DNA from: a virus
DNA length: 64,000 bases
Direction: 5' to 3' (one strand)
Virus record (IMG/VR): IMGVR_UViG_3300009702_000785
Location: 3,584 to 67,583 of that record
The notes beneath the pieces were generated by a model, which worked only from the letters and a program-made list of their open reading frames with translations, made no database searches and was not told the origin of the DNA. A program made the position numbers and the translations under genes. Each line of letters starts with the position of its first letter. The first letter of the stretch is position 1. Shown in pieces: positions 24,816-34,867 of this stretch.

Positions 24816-25505
24816 TCATACTCCTGCTATCGAAGAGACCTTGCCAGACAAATACTGTCCAATTGAATCACTGCATTCTATGAAGTCATTCGGGTCCAGG
24901 GTTTTGATAGGTATTCCATGCACGATGGCATGAGTTTGAATCACGTACTGGCAGATATTGTTGATGAAAGTTTCGTTGTATTGAAACGAATTCCTAATAC
25001 GATCCAAGTCTTTAAGAACTCCAGAAACTATGCTCTTAGGTATAATCATAACTCTGTCATCGTATACTGCATCATAAATACCAAGATTAAAATATGCCTT
25101 AGCAAACTTACTCTCTTGAGATTCAGATTTCTGCAAGAAGTAAACCGAGTCGTTATCCACGTTGAAATATCGATGCACTGCAACGTCTGTGGATAAAAAC
25201 ATCATCGGGATATTAGTTGATGACATAACCTTACTCAAGTATGCCAATCGACTGCCGTGATATTTAACTTCATCCTCTAACTTGAAGTCGAAGTCGAACA
25301 CACATTCAAACACTTGATCGTAATACGCACTCATATTTACTGCATTAATTGCCTTGGCAGGATAGACGAGGTTAAAGTAGACCCGCCATGCTTGGTAAGA
25401 CATCAAAAACAGGTTGTGAATCGAAAATTTAACAAACGACCACTCTACTTCATCGCCTTCGTGTATGTATCTCACGTAAACATTAAGAGGCTGTAATGGT
25501 ATCAT
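24816..25505 (-). CDS. Degenerate GT-A-like protein
   Basis: VKFSIHNL...MFLSTDVAV...DRVMIIP. Confidence 0.5.
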   Translation of the reverse strand: MIPLQPLNVYVRYIHEGDEVEWSFVKFSIHNLFLMSYQAWRVYFNLVYPAKAINAVNMSAYYDQVFECVFDFDFKLEDEVKYHGSRLAYLSKVMSSTNIPMMFLSTDVAVHRYFNVDNDSVYFLQKSESQESKFAKAYFNLGIYDAVYDDRVMIIPKSIVSGVLKDLDRIRNSFQYNETFINNICQYVIQTHAIVHGIPIKTLDPNDFIECSDSIGQYLSGKVSSIAGV

Positions 25506-26452
25506 AGATCAAGTATCCCTTCAATGTATATCTGGAACTGACTGTGGATATCGTGGACAAGATCAACCACATCGGGGTCAAATCGTCTGAGTATGGTATT
25601 CTCCATCACAGCTAACCTAGAGATTGCATAATTGGTAGCAAACATCTCTGCCGTCCAGAAGGGCCATGGCCACTGTAATAAATTCTCATCACATTTTTCC
25701 AAATCCTGCAAGTAAGTGTAGTACATGTCAAAAAATGCTTTTGTCTGGATGTGTGGTATATGCATTACTCCATTGTTGAAGAGTTGGCATTCCATTGGTA
25801 TTTTTAGATTCTTCTCATGTTTCTTATATTCTTCAATATCATCTAGCTTACGTTGTCCCAGATGAGAGAATACCTCGATACCTTTGCTGAAGTTCAAAAA
25901 TGATAGCAAGGGGTTGAATTCTAGACCACACATATAAATAGATTTAGGGTCTATTCCATATCGCACTTTGTAGTAGATGATATCAACATCTGACAAAACA
26001 AAGCTACGACTCTGATCTGAGTTAACAGAATGATACAGGATGGCAGCCGCTTTGAGCCCTGGAATGTATATACCGTTTTCTCTAAAGACATTCACGGGAC
26101 ATAGATCAATAATAGGTTGTAGGTCATGGACAATAACTTTTGCGTTCCCGATATCATTCAAAGGTATAGAAGAGTATATATGAATATCAGGAAGACTCTC
26201 TATCTCACCACCCCAGAAACTCGTGCCACAACTGGCGGTGTAATCAAAACCTCGTGGTCTTTTGATCTCTAGCAAATACCGTCTGAGATGAGCATTAATG
26301 TATGATGCAGCGGAATGCTTCATATAATTCTTGTATTCATAGCCAGCAGATTTTTTACGAGCCTCATCTTCATCAGAATCCGACGGCTGATACAGCAAGT
26401 ACACTATATCTGGGTGTACTGGTATCTTATATGGCATTCCCGATTCGATCAT
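25502..26452 (-). CDS. GT-A-like protein
   Basis: MKHSAASY...VLSDVDII (DxD)...FNNGVMHIP...AEMFA. Confidence 0.6.
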   Translation of the reverse strand: MIESGMPYKIPVHPDIVYLLYQPSDSDEDEARKKSAGYEYKNYMKHSAASYINAHLRRYLLEIKRPRGFDYTASCGTSFWGGEIESLPDIHIYSSIPLNDIGNAKVIVHDLQPIIDLCPVNVFRENGIYIPGLKAAAILYHSVNSDQSRSFVLSDVDIIYYKVRYGIDPKSIYMCGLEFNPLLSFLNFSKGIEVFSHLGQRKLDDIEEYKKHEKNLKIPMECQLFNNGVMHIPHIQTKAFFDMYYTYLQDLEKCDENLLQWPWPFWTAEMFATNYAISRLAVMENTILRRFDPDVVDLVHDIHSQFQIYIEGILDL

Positions 26453-27189
26453 TAGATTATCGAGTAAAAGTGTTCCACATTACTTTGATCTATGATTAGC
26501 GGCTGCTTGTCCATAGATTCCACTCGCAGATCAGTGAACTCTTCTTTGATCTGAGATACAAGCAGAGTCAACAGAATATTGGTTTCGGCTTGATTGAGGT
26601 ATCTGATGACTTCTGTCTTATTTATCTGGTCGGCCAGTTGCATTTTCTCTAAGATGTCTGATAGCTTCATATACAGACTCTTCTTGCATCTTGAACTTAA
26701 GTAACAACAGGAGAAATCATAACAATCGGGCTCATCAACATCTATCTCATAACCGATATTGTTTAGGAACTCCATAATGGAGTATTGAGTTGCACTGATG
26801 TTTTCTAGCTCTGCTTCTTTGCAGTACATAACGTCAACAGCTTCCCAATCAATACCTCTGTCATTCAAGAATGGGAATACCAATCCTTGTGAGATCAAAA
26901 CGCTTCTACTCTGATCCAAGTCCATGCTGGTCGTGTAGTGGGCATATCTGATGAGGTTACGGCTGTTCCAGAATGTTCGGCTTTCCGGCAAGTACCTCTG
27001 TATAGATACTTCATCGTAGGCTTCGCGATAATTGCGAGTCCTGTCAACGCTGTATATTTGTGGCAAGCAAAGAGTGACATGTGATTTACAGCTATTCATC
27101 GTCTGATTAAATAGGATGGTTAACTTATCAGTAAGTATATCACGAATGTTTTCGTTGAAAAACATCACGTAGTGTAATTTCAAAGTCAT
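26452..27189 (-). CDS. Degenerate GT-A-like protein
   Basis: Same length and position class; DFSCCYL; weakest similarity. Confidence 0.45.
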   Translation of the reverse strand: MTLKLHYVMFFNENIRDILTDKLTILFNQTMNSCKSHVTLCLPQIYSVDRTRNYREAYDEVSIQRYLPESRTFWNSRNLIRYAHYTTSMDLDQSRSVLISQGLVFPFLNDRGIDWEAVDVMYCKEAELENISATQYSIMEFLNNIGYEIDVDEPDCYDFSCCYLSSRCKKSLYMKLSDILEKMQLADQINKTEVIRYLNQAETNILLTLLVSQIKEEFTDLRVESMDKQPLIIDQSNVEHFYSII

Positions 27190-27614
27190 TACTTTTTCTC
27201 CTTAGATTTCTGTATTGCATCCTGGGCCACCTTAATCATCACGGGGTCTTTAGCAGCGGCTTGTATAAATTCTTTTTTATCAACTTCCTTTTCTTGTCCA
27301 GCTAGGGTGCGTCCCCTTTTAACGATATGCATCGGATCGGGCTGGTCTACTGGGTCACCTACAGCATCGTGTCCGAACTCTCGTTTGCGTGATCTAACGG
27401 CCCTTTCCTTGTCCTTTACTTGCTTATGATGTTCGGATTCGCGAAAATCGGCACGAGTTGGTTTGAATCCCTTGGTGGCAAGGTAGCCGACACCTATTTG
27501 CTTTACCATTGGGCAATCACATTCAGGACAAGGGCGAGGTGTTTCATCACTCATCATATGCATTATTTCGTCTATGTGTCCGCAGTTTTCACACAAGTAG
27601 TTATACGTTGGCAT
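27189..27614 (-). CDS. FmdB-family zinc-ribbon protein
   Basis: MPTYNYLCENCGH...CPEC; GGAG SD. Confidence 0.85.
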   Translation of the reverse strand: MPTYNYLCENCGHIDEIMHMMSDETPRPCPECDCPMVKQIGVGYLATKGFKPTRADFRESEHHKQVKDKERAVRSRKREFGHDAVGDPVDQPDPMHIVKRGRTLAGQEKEVDKKEFIQAAAKDPVMIKVAQDAIQKSKEKK

Positions 27615-27690
27615 TTTGAGTCTCCATGAATGTTGCATTATACCAGAAAATCGAACTGGAATTGAGTATAATTGCTCTGAGGAGATGTCA

Positions 27691-28125
27691 ATGTTACCAC
27701 ATGAAAAGAAGAGACGAAAGCTTGGGGCTATTGGGCAACCGGATGGACCCACACCAGAAGAGATTGAAGAACGACGCAAGCCCCAATTTTTTATTGATCC
27801 CAAAGAGGTTTCTGCGAACGATGACGCAAGGGTTCGTAAATGGTCTCACTCTAAAATGATTGTACACGAATCAAAGTTCACACGGGATCGCAAGGAAAAT
27901 CAGATTATCGCATCAGGGGATGTTGAGCCTGAAGACCTTGACATAAGGAGCATTTACAACTTTGATGACATGCATTGGATTATCTTCAGAAGGGATGGGA
28001 TTCTATACCGAGGTGGACCAAAAGAGATGTTGTTCCATATTGTACTGATAGCTAGAATACCTAGAGAGCGTGGCGGGTCTCCGAATCATTCCATACTATT
28101 CCAAACATCATTCGCTTCAATTTAG
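27691..28125 (+). CDS. Hypothetical protein
   Basis: GAGGAG SD and an upstream TATAAT. Confidence 0.6.
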   Translation: MLPHEKKRRKLGAIGQPDGPTPEEIEERRKPQFFIDPKEVSANDDARVRKWSHSKMIVHESKFTRDRKENQIIASGDVEPEDLDIRSIYNFDDMHWIIFRRDGILYRGGPKEMLFHIVLIARIPRERGGSPNHSILFQTSFASI

Positions 28126-28136
28126 GATAAAAGACA

Positions 28137-28355
28137 ATGGCTAAGATAGACGCAATTATTACCAAGAACGATGCCCAGTCAATTGTTGAGGAAGTTCGTC
28201 AACTGCTCAACAAGGGAATACAAGGGCAACCCTTGAAGGACATACGATTAGTGGATTGCTCAGATGGCGAAGCTGTGATCCTTGCTAGTGTTGAACAGAT
28301 GACCCAGGAAGTAGCCGAAGCATTCTGGCTCGGATATAAGAAGGCTCTCGAATGA
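28137..28355 (+). CDS. Hypothetical protein
   Basis: 72 aa, in operon. Confidence 0.65.
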   Translation: MAKIDAIITKNDAQSIVEEVRQLLNKGIQGQPLKDIRLVDCSDGEAVILASVEQMTQEVAEAFWLGYKKALE

Positions 28356-28714
28356 ATAGCAAAGAGTTAAATGAACTACTCAAAGATTCGGACATACAGC
28401 AAGTGGGTCAGTACATGAAGCAATTTGATCGCATGTTGTTATACACCATCGCTGTAAACTCCATGCCTAAGACCGCTGTTAATAAAACCATCGCCCTATG
28501 GGAGAAGGTTGTCAAGCGTAACATCGACTCGGACGCTAAGAATCGGACTCTGTTTCTAGAGTCCACCATCGAAGGCCGACGAGCCAAATACAACGATGAA
28601 CCTGATGGAGAAACACTGCGAATTCATTGTCTAAAACAACTTGACATTGCTAAGGAAGTTGTTTCATCGAATTTATTCCAACAGATAGATGGCGAGACAG
28701 AGGAAGAAGATTAG
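28352..28714 (+). CDS. Hypothetical protein
   Basis: 120 aa, ATGA overlap. Confidence 0.7.
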   Translation: MNSKELNELLKDSDIQQVGQYMKQFDRMLLYTIAVNSMPKTAVNKTIALWEKVVKRNIDSDAKNRTLFLESTIEGRRAKYNDEPDGETLRIHCLKQLDIAKEVVSSNLFQQIDGETEEED

Positions 28715-29703
28715 CCATTCATTTTTTCTAGATTAATCATGATTTCGTCCTCTGCGTTGTTTTCTCCTCTTAAATACCTTTGGATAAGCACTCCACTATG
28801 AGTGGTGGCAAAGATTTGCTGTTGCTCGAAAACATCCTTCAGACATTCAATCATTTGTATATGCCTGTCGTAATAGACGTGCATTACTATATTATCCAGC
28901 AGTAATAACCGAGGCCATCCGACCATTGATGTCTCGCCCGTAGAAGGGTACGATAATGCTTGCATATTGTTGAAGACTTCGCTGAATGATTTGCATATCT
29001 TGCGCTCACCTGCTGACATTCGTTTGAAGTGTATCTTGTGAGCCCTCTTTTCAATAGTTACATCAGTACAATAGGTTCGTTCATCTCCTGTAAATCCAGA
29101 TGGCTTGGTCACCACGGCGGGGTAACGCATAATGGTCGAGATGATTCTCTCAAATTTTTCTTTCTGAGCAAAATGCAATTGGAATTTGTGCATTGATAGG
29201 TCTGAGTCGGACTTCAAGAAGTGGGCGATACGCTGTCTGTATTTCAGATGATCTTTCCCCCAAGGTCCACTTTGGATGATAGCACTGAAGTCTTCTTTAT
29301 CTAAGTCATCTGGAGGAATCGGGGCAAAGTCATTTCGGACATAACCGTCTTCGGTCAGTTGAACGGTATATTCATCACCACCCATGACGTAGACACCTTC
29401 AATCATCATGCCTTTGGCTGCTGTTTCTGCTGCCTTCTTCTCATCTAGAATGCGTTGCCACGTCGGATCGTAGTCTGCGTTGCGGACGTACTTCTGTAGA
29501 GATTGCTTAATGAAGGCTTCGCCACGTCCTGACCAGTTGGCAGTAAGCATAGAAATGGCTTCGAGCAAAGTCGATTTGCCGATACCGTTTGGACCAAAGA
29601 AGCATACAAACTTGTATGGCTCACCAGTTGGCTTGAGGAATTCAAATGTGTGTGATTCAAAGTTGCAGTAGTTGACCAACTTCAAACTTTTCAAAAACAG
29701 CAT
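28711..29703 (-). CDS. ABC/SMC-type ATPase
   Basis: LKSLKLVNY, GPNGIGKS Walker A, MSAGE signature, LLLLDN Walker B, ATTHS H-loop. Confidence 0.85.
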   Translation of the reverse strand: MLFLKSLKLVNYCNFESHTFEFLKPTGEPYKFVCFFGPNGIGKSTLLEAISMLTANWSGRGEAFIKQSLQKYVRNADYDPTWQRILDEKKAAETAAKGMMIEGVYVMGGDEYTVQLTEDGYVRNDFAPIPPDDLDKEDFSAIIQSGPWGKDHLKYRQRIAHFLKSDSDLSMHKFQLHFAQKEKFERIISTIMRYPAVVTKPSGFTGDERTYCTDVTIEKRAHKIHFKRMSAGERKICKSFSEVFNNMQALSYPSTGETSMVGWPRLLLLDNIVMHVYYDRHIQMIECLKDVFEQQQIFATTHSGVLIQRYLRGENNAEDEIMINLEKMNG

Positions 29704-29742
29704 ATCATATCTCCTTGTTGTGCATTATACAAGGAAATGATA

Positions 29743-31593
29743 TTACATTCTGTAGTCTTCAAGTTCTCCATCTTCTATCATTTGATGAACGATCTGCTTG
29801 GCCTGATCTTCAGTGAGAGCAGGATTAGCAACACGTAATGCTTTTAGCCTGTCACGAATCATCTGAGGCCATGATTGTCTACCAGCAGGCGGCTGGCCTG
29901 GACGCAGACCAATACGTTGATAGACGATATCCTGAATCCTGCGCCTATCGAGAGGATCAGGAACAAATGAGAGGGCTATCTGCTTTGCCTCTTCTTTTTG
30001 CTGCTCAGGTGAAGTCATCTCAGGCAGTATCATATTCGTGTACTGCTTCTTCCGAATTGCCTTTAGAATCTCTCCAATCACTGGGCCGGGTTGTAATCCG
30101 GTGATCTCCATGATCTCGTTGCCCGTTAATAATATCGGCAATTCAATTTGCTCGACCCTGTCGATCATGTCCGCATACGGCACACCTTTGTCCGGCTCAG
30201 GCTTGGGGCCTTTCGACATTGAGTCTGCCATTGCGTGCATGTAAATAAACTTCCACCGAGGATTCAAATCTTTGAATTCCGCCAGAGTGGAGGGCTTCAT
30301 TTTTTCAACGTGATCGTGTGGCTTCATATGCTGTATAACTACATCGCGTACAAAATCCCTCACTTGATTCGGGAGTTTCATCCGCTTTGCAAAATCAAGC
30401 CACAGAGCCATACTTGATTGCTGGTGCGTTAATTTGTCTTTGCGATTGGGATTGCCGTAGTATCCCAGCGTTCCATCAGGCTTCACCTTCTGAGCACGAG
30501 GGTCTAGCTTACCGAGGTCGTGGAACAATGACGACAGATTCAGCATCATCCTTTCGGGCTCTGCCAGTTTATACTTGAGGCTCAGGTCATTCATATTACC
30601 TAAGACTGCCAGTGTATGCTCGATCACAGTCTGATCGTGCCACTTGTTGCGCTGATCCATATCAAGCGGAGAAAAATCTTCTGGCAAGTTTAGTAGGCTT
30701 CCTAGAAGTCCAGTTCTCCACATTACACGGACTGCTTCGGCAGGTCTACTACCGCCAAGTATTTTCAGGAACTCTTTTGAGTTCTTCTCTGCAACGATTC
30801 CTTTGGCTGAGGGATCGCGCAATTTGTCTGTGAGCAACTGCTGGACCATCGGATTTCTCATGGCGTGAACGATAGGCCCATCTTTACCTTTTTCGGGCTT
30901 GTACCCAAATAGGTGCGACTGAGGGTATCGACTGTAGAACCGCAAAACTCGCAAAAGCCGCACAGGGTCTTCGGTAAATACACGCATAGCCTCAGTGTAT
31001 TGCCATTCCATCGGATCGACGTTCTCTGGTTTGCCACCTTCATATCCTTCCGGTATGGCAGGAGTGCGAAGAGTCATCGACACAAGGTCCGAATAACCAC
31101 CGGCAAAATCTTCGATCACTTCATCATTAATCCTATAAAACATACTGTTAATAGTCAAGTCTCTGCGGAACGCATCCTCTGCGGGTGTGCCTTCTACTAT
31201 TATGGGATTTCTCACCAACTTCTCTCCAGTAGTTGGGTTCGTCCAAGACTCTTTGCGTAGGCTCACTACGTCTATTTGCTGGCCGTATATTGAAATCTGT
31301 CCGGCTGCAATCCTTTTCACCTGCTCATCGCTTGTCTCAAAATCAGCGTTTAAGATGCGTACAGGTGAGTTGTTCCCGAATCGGTGCTTAGCGATCACAT
31401 CCAAAAACTGGACGAAATCTGCGCCACTCATCTGGTCGATGGTGATATCAATATCATCCGACTCGATTCCTAGCAACTTATCCCTGACCCAGCCACCAGC
31501 CACTCGGGCAGTGGGCCGCTGCGGCATCTCATCTATGGCATCCTGTATGAACCCAAAGATTTTGCGCTCAAGCGTGTTGAGTTGCAGTGTCAC
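29743..31593 (-). CDS. cca: tRNA nucleotidyltransferase (CCA-adding/poly(A) polymerase family) with HD domain
   Basis: VAGGWVRDKLLG.ESDDIDI, DAFRRDLTINSMFY, EDPVRLLRVLRF, HDLGK; likely GTG start at 31593. Confidence 0.9.
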   Translation of the reverse strand: MTLQLNTLERKIFGFIQDAIDEMPQRPTARVAGGWVRDKLLGIESDDIDITIDQMSGADFVQFLDVIAKHRFGNNSPVRILNADFETSDEQVKRIAAGQISIYGQQIDVVSLRKESWTNPTTGEKLVRNPIIVEGTPAEDAFRRDLTINSMFYRINDEVIEDFAGGYSDLVSMTLRTPAIPEGYEGGKPENVDPMEWQYTEAMRVFTEDPVRLLRVLRFYSRYPQSHLFGYKPEKGKDGPIVHAMRNPMVQQLLTDKLRDPSAKGIVAEKNSKEFLKILGGSRPAEAVRVMWRTGLLGSLLNLPEDFSPLDMDQRNKWHDQTVIEHTLAVLGNMNDLSLKYKLAEPERMMLNLSSLFHDLGKLDPRAQKVKPDGTLGYYGNPNRKDKLTHQQSSMALWLDFAKRMKLPNQVRDFVRDVVIQHMKPHDHVEKMKPSTLAEFKDLNPRWKFIYMHAMADSMSKGPKPEPDKGVPYADMIDRVEQIELPILLTGNEIMEITGLQPGPVIGEILKAIRKKQYTNMILPEMTSPEQQKEEAKQIALSFVPDPLDRRRIQDIVYQRIGLRPGQPPAGRQSWPQMIRDRLKALRVANPALTEDQAKQIVHQMIEDGELEDYRM

Positions 31594-31733
31594 ACCTGCT
31601 AAGACGGCTCTGTTTTGATCAAATTTCGTACTCATCACATGAAGCATACCCTATTATACGGAAATGTCAAGGAATATCCCCTCATTTTGTCCAAGAGATA
31701 CTAGAACAAACTCATAACGGTGGAGTAGACCCT

Positions 31734-32237
31734 ATGCCAAAAGACGAAGACGCTAACGCATTGCACTTAATCTCAGATATTTTGGGTAAGTTAATTGATA
31801 GCCAGCAGTCTAATGCTGAGACCAACGCAGCCTTAAAGAAAACTGTAGAAGAATCTGTTCGAGGACTAGACAATATCAATCGACATTTCTCTAATGGTTT
31901 CAAATCAGAACTAAAGCAGTATGTAGACCAGTCTTTAGATAAACATCTCCCTGTACTTCAGGAACACTTCGACGTTCTGCTTGCTAATAAGTTCAATGCA
32001 CTGGATAAAGATGTGAAGGATCACTTCCAGAAGATGTTCAAAACAATCGGTGAAGATACATTACTTTCGACAATTAACAACATTAAAGAAGATGTAGAAG
32101 ACATCAAAACTTCTCAACATAGTTGGTGGTTTTGGATTAAGCACTCAGGATTATTCATAATAGGATTCGGTACCGTAATGGGATTCATTATTAAGATTGC
32201 CCTCTGGCTACATGAGGGAGGGATGGGAAACTTGTAA
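31734..32237 (+). CDS. Coiled-coil protein with a C-terminal transmembrane segment
   Basis: GGAG SD before MPKDED; hydrophobic C-terminus. Confidence 0.65.
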   Translation: MPKDEDANALHLISDILGKLIDSQQSNAETNAALKKTVEESVRGLDNINRHFSNGFKSELKQYVDQSLDKHLPVLQEHFDVLLANKFNALDKDVKDHFQKMFKTIGEDTLLSTINNIKEDVEDIKTSQHSWWFWIKHSGLFIIGFGTVMGFIIKIALWLHEGGMGNL

Positions 32238-32650
32238 TGAACGCTATTTTTGAAAAAGTCGCCGAGATTAACCTGGCATCTGTTGTGGTAACTAACGCTG
32301 ATGCAAACATTATATACGTTAACGGGGCTTTCACTGAAAATACCGGATACACTCCCAACGAGGTTTTAGGAAAGAATCCTAGTATCCTCAAGGGTGACAA
32401 TGCTGATGATATGATCGACTACAAAGACATGTGGGAGACTTTAGCAGCAGGTAATGAATGGAATGGTGAATTCTACAATAAAGACAAATATGGTGAGCAC
32501 TTTTGGGAGTTTGCTCGCATTTCGCCAGTGACTCAAGATGGCACGTTATACTATGTGGCTGTCAAACAGAACATCACACGCATCAAAGTTCTAGAAGAAA
32601 AGTTAGCATACCTTTACAATAAAGCAGAGACATTGCCCGGCAATACATAA
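32237..32650 (+). CDS. Stand-alone PAS/PAC domain protein
   Basis: VVVTNADANIIYVNGAFTENTGYTPNEVLGKNPSIL...MWETL..G.EW.GEF.NK.K.GE.FW. Confidence 0.9.
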   Translation: MNAIFEKVAEINLASVVVTNADANIIYVNGAFTENTGYTPNEVLGKNPSILKGDNADDMIDYKDMWETLAAGNEWNGEFYNKDKYGEHFWEFARISPVTQDGTLYYVAVKQNITRIKVLEEKLAYLYNKAETLPGNT

Positions 32651-32701
32651 GGCCCGCCAGACAAGTCCAGCAGGGCCTCACATGGTGTGGAGTTAGATGT
32701 A

Positions 32702-33814
32702 TTATTTGGCGAGCGGTACTTGTACGCCGCCTATTTGTCCTGAATGGATAAACTTATCCTTCTTGTTTGCATCCTGGCGCTTGCCTTGACTAATAATGTG
32801 CTTAAACTGTCCCGGTAGCGACAAGTATATTGGAAGTACCAAAGCTGGCTTCTCTTGGTAGTATTCCACAGTATTCGGGTCTGTCTCGATCTCTTGATCT
32901 ATACGACCACCGGCTGCCATTGATGCCTTGTCAAAGTGCTGTCGTTGATCTTGTTCCAACATGTCAATAGAAGCAGTGTCAATACTGTGTATATCTTCTG
33001 TTAAGGTTGGGTCCAGCAGGTTAACCGAGGATTCTTCGCAAGCTGCTTCGCCACCACCCATTGCTGCACCAGCAACACTACTGCATTTGACTTCACCGTT
33101 GGTAAGGCCCTTTGTTACTACATTCGAGTAAAATTGACCCCCAGAGTTGTCAACCAGTCCGTCACTTGTGGTGGTATCAACTACACCGCGAGTCATACTT
33201 CCGGCAGAGACATACTTCCGCATACGAGCGATTTTCCAATTTTGCGGAGTATGAGTGGGGCTGAACCAAATTGGATTGAGGTGAGGATTGCCGAAAACAT
33301 CTCTGGGTCTTCGATAGGGCTGCTCGACCACCTTCGGATACTTAGGCAGATAGAAAGCTAATCCGATAGCGTGGGAGTCTTGCATCTCTTTGGGCAAGAC
33401 AAACTCATTGACTGCCAAGCCTTCGCCAGCCTTAGTGACAACAAACTGGTACACCTTGCCTTCTTTGGTATATCCGTCAATCCATTGCTGGGCTGGCAGG
33501 ATCATATAGTTTTGTACTGGGTCTTTCTTCAAGCCATCATTGAGGTTGGCTGACTCGTTGGATACTGGGTTGAACCGCTGTACAGAAAGGACGACAGCAC
33601 ATTCAGTATTGAATCTTAGGTCAATCCAGAGCGGCATTCCCTCTTCAGCGGATACGAAGTAGCCATCCTTTGACCATTCGGCAGGGCAGTTGAAATCAGC
33701 TACTTTGAATTCATCAAACGGCCCCCAGTCGGGCGGTAGTTGGTGAGCTTCAGGATCGATCTCTACCTTCTTGGTGTGTCGCAGTGACACATAGAAGTCA
33801 TTTACTTTCATCAT
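32702..33814 (-). CDS. Conserved-looking hypothetical protein
   Basis: ~370 aa; LPP.WG.F, QNYM.LP.Q.WIDG, AAGGRI.Q motifs. Confidence 0.7.
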   Translation of the reverse strand: MMKVNDFYVSLRHTKKVEIDPEAHQLPPDWGPFDEFKVADFNCPAEWSKDGYFVSAEEGMPLWIDLRFNTECAVVLSVQRFNPVSNESANLNDGLKKDPVQNYMILPAQQWIDGYTKEGKVYQFVVTKAGEGLAVNEFVLPKEMQDSHAIGLAFYLPKYPKVVEQPYRRPRDVFGNPHLNPIWFSPTHTPQNWKIARMRKYVSAGSMTRGVVDTTTSDGLVDNSGGQFYSNVVTKGLTNGEVKCSSVAGAAMGGGEAACEESSVNLLDPTLTEDIHSIDTASIDMLEQDQRQHFDKASMAAGGRIDQEIETDPNTVEYYQEKPALVLPIYLSLPGQFKHIISQGKRQDANKKDKFIHSGQIGGVQVPLAK

Positions 33815-33831
33815 TATCTCCCAATAAACAC

Positions 33832-33866
33832 AGCGGGGGCGCAATGGCCCCCGCCACTGTTTTGTT
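33832..33866 (-). terminator. GC hairpin, probable terminator
   Basis: GCGGGGGC-CATTGC-GCCCCCGC followed by TGTGTTTATT. Confidence 0.6.
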
Positions 33867-33867
33867 A

Positions 33868-34776
33868 TTAGAATCCCGTGTCACGGGATGTATTAGAATT
33901 GCCTTGACGAACCTTCAGGTCTGGCAACGTGCCTTGAGCATCCTTCTCATCGTACAGAAGCGCTGCCTCAGTGTAGTTGAGTCGGAAGTCAGCCGCCGAC
34001 ATCACCTTGGCATCTTTGCAAACGTCTCTCATCGACTTCTTGCTGAGTGGTCCATCAGTTTCAGCAACCAGGCGGGCAAGCACTCTAAGATCATGAGTGA
34101 TTCCGTCCCAGTTGGTGTTACTCTCCGCGCAGAAACCTTCGAGCAAAGCCTTTCCAGGGAAGAATGGGCTTTCTTCCAGAGGGATTGCGGGAAAGTCACC
34201 AGCGCGACGGACCTTCACAAGAGAGCCCGTCACTTCAAACTTGTCAGGGGTGACCTGTTTGCGAGCCGAGCGAATCAACTTGAGGGAAACTTCTTTGTTG
34301 ACCGATTGATCCTTGTTGTAGACAATGCAGAATCTACCATGAGTTCTCTCACGGAGAATCTTCCAGACTTCAGTGGATGTGTCATCGTACCTCTCGATCA
34401 ACTCGCCGTCAGTAAGCGAAGTCAACGGACGCTGCGAAGCAATCATATCCTTCAGGTCAGTCATTACTGAGCCGTTGGTTGCTTCCTCTGCTTGACCGAG
34501 ATGGGTGCTGCCTCGCAGGTGTGGCATGCCGACCCGCAGCTTGGATTTGGCAGTAATCTTGCTGTCTACGAAAGCCTCGAACAAATCTGCCATCGGCAGG
34601 AATTCGGCGCTCTCTATAATGGTGAGACTTTGCTCAGACTTGCCATCGACCCCGAGATTGCTAAGGATTTCTCGCACCTTAACTTCGTCTACACCTATAG
34701 TTATAGCGAAAGCCTTGATACGATTGTCGAACTCGGATTGCCATGTGGGAACGTTAGGTGTGGTTTGGTTATTCAT
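33868..34776 (-). CDS. Hypothetical protein
   Basis: 302 aa; AGGAG SD. Confidence 0.75.
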   Translation of the reverse strand: MNNQTTPNVPTWQSEFDNRIKAFAITIGVDEVKVREILSNLGVDGKSEQSLTIIESAEFLPMADLFEAFVDSKITAKSKLRVGMPHLRGSTHLGQAEEATNGSVMTDLKDMIASQRPLTSLTDGELIERYDDTSTEVWKILRERTHGRFCIVYNKDQSVNKEVSLKLIRSARKQVTPDKFEVTGSLVKVRRAGDFPAIPLEESPFFPGKALLEGFCAESNTNWDGITHDLRVLARLVAETDGPLSKKSMRDVCKDAKVMSAADFRLNYTEAALLYDEKDAQGTLPDLKVRQGNSNTSRDTGF

Positions 34777-34867
34777 TTCTACTCTCCTAAATCACGCAAC
34801 TCACTTCACTCTGCCACTTCTAAATCGCCGCAGGAGGCGAAGGGCAACGCTGCCCATTGCAGACCCA

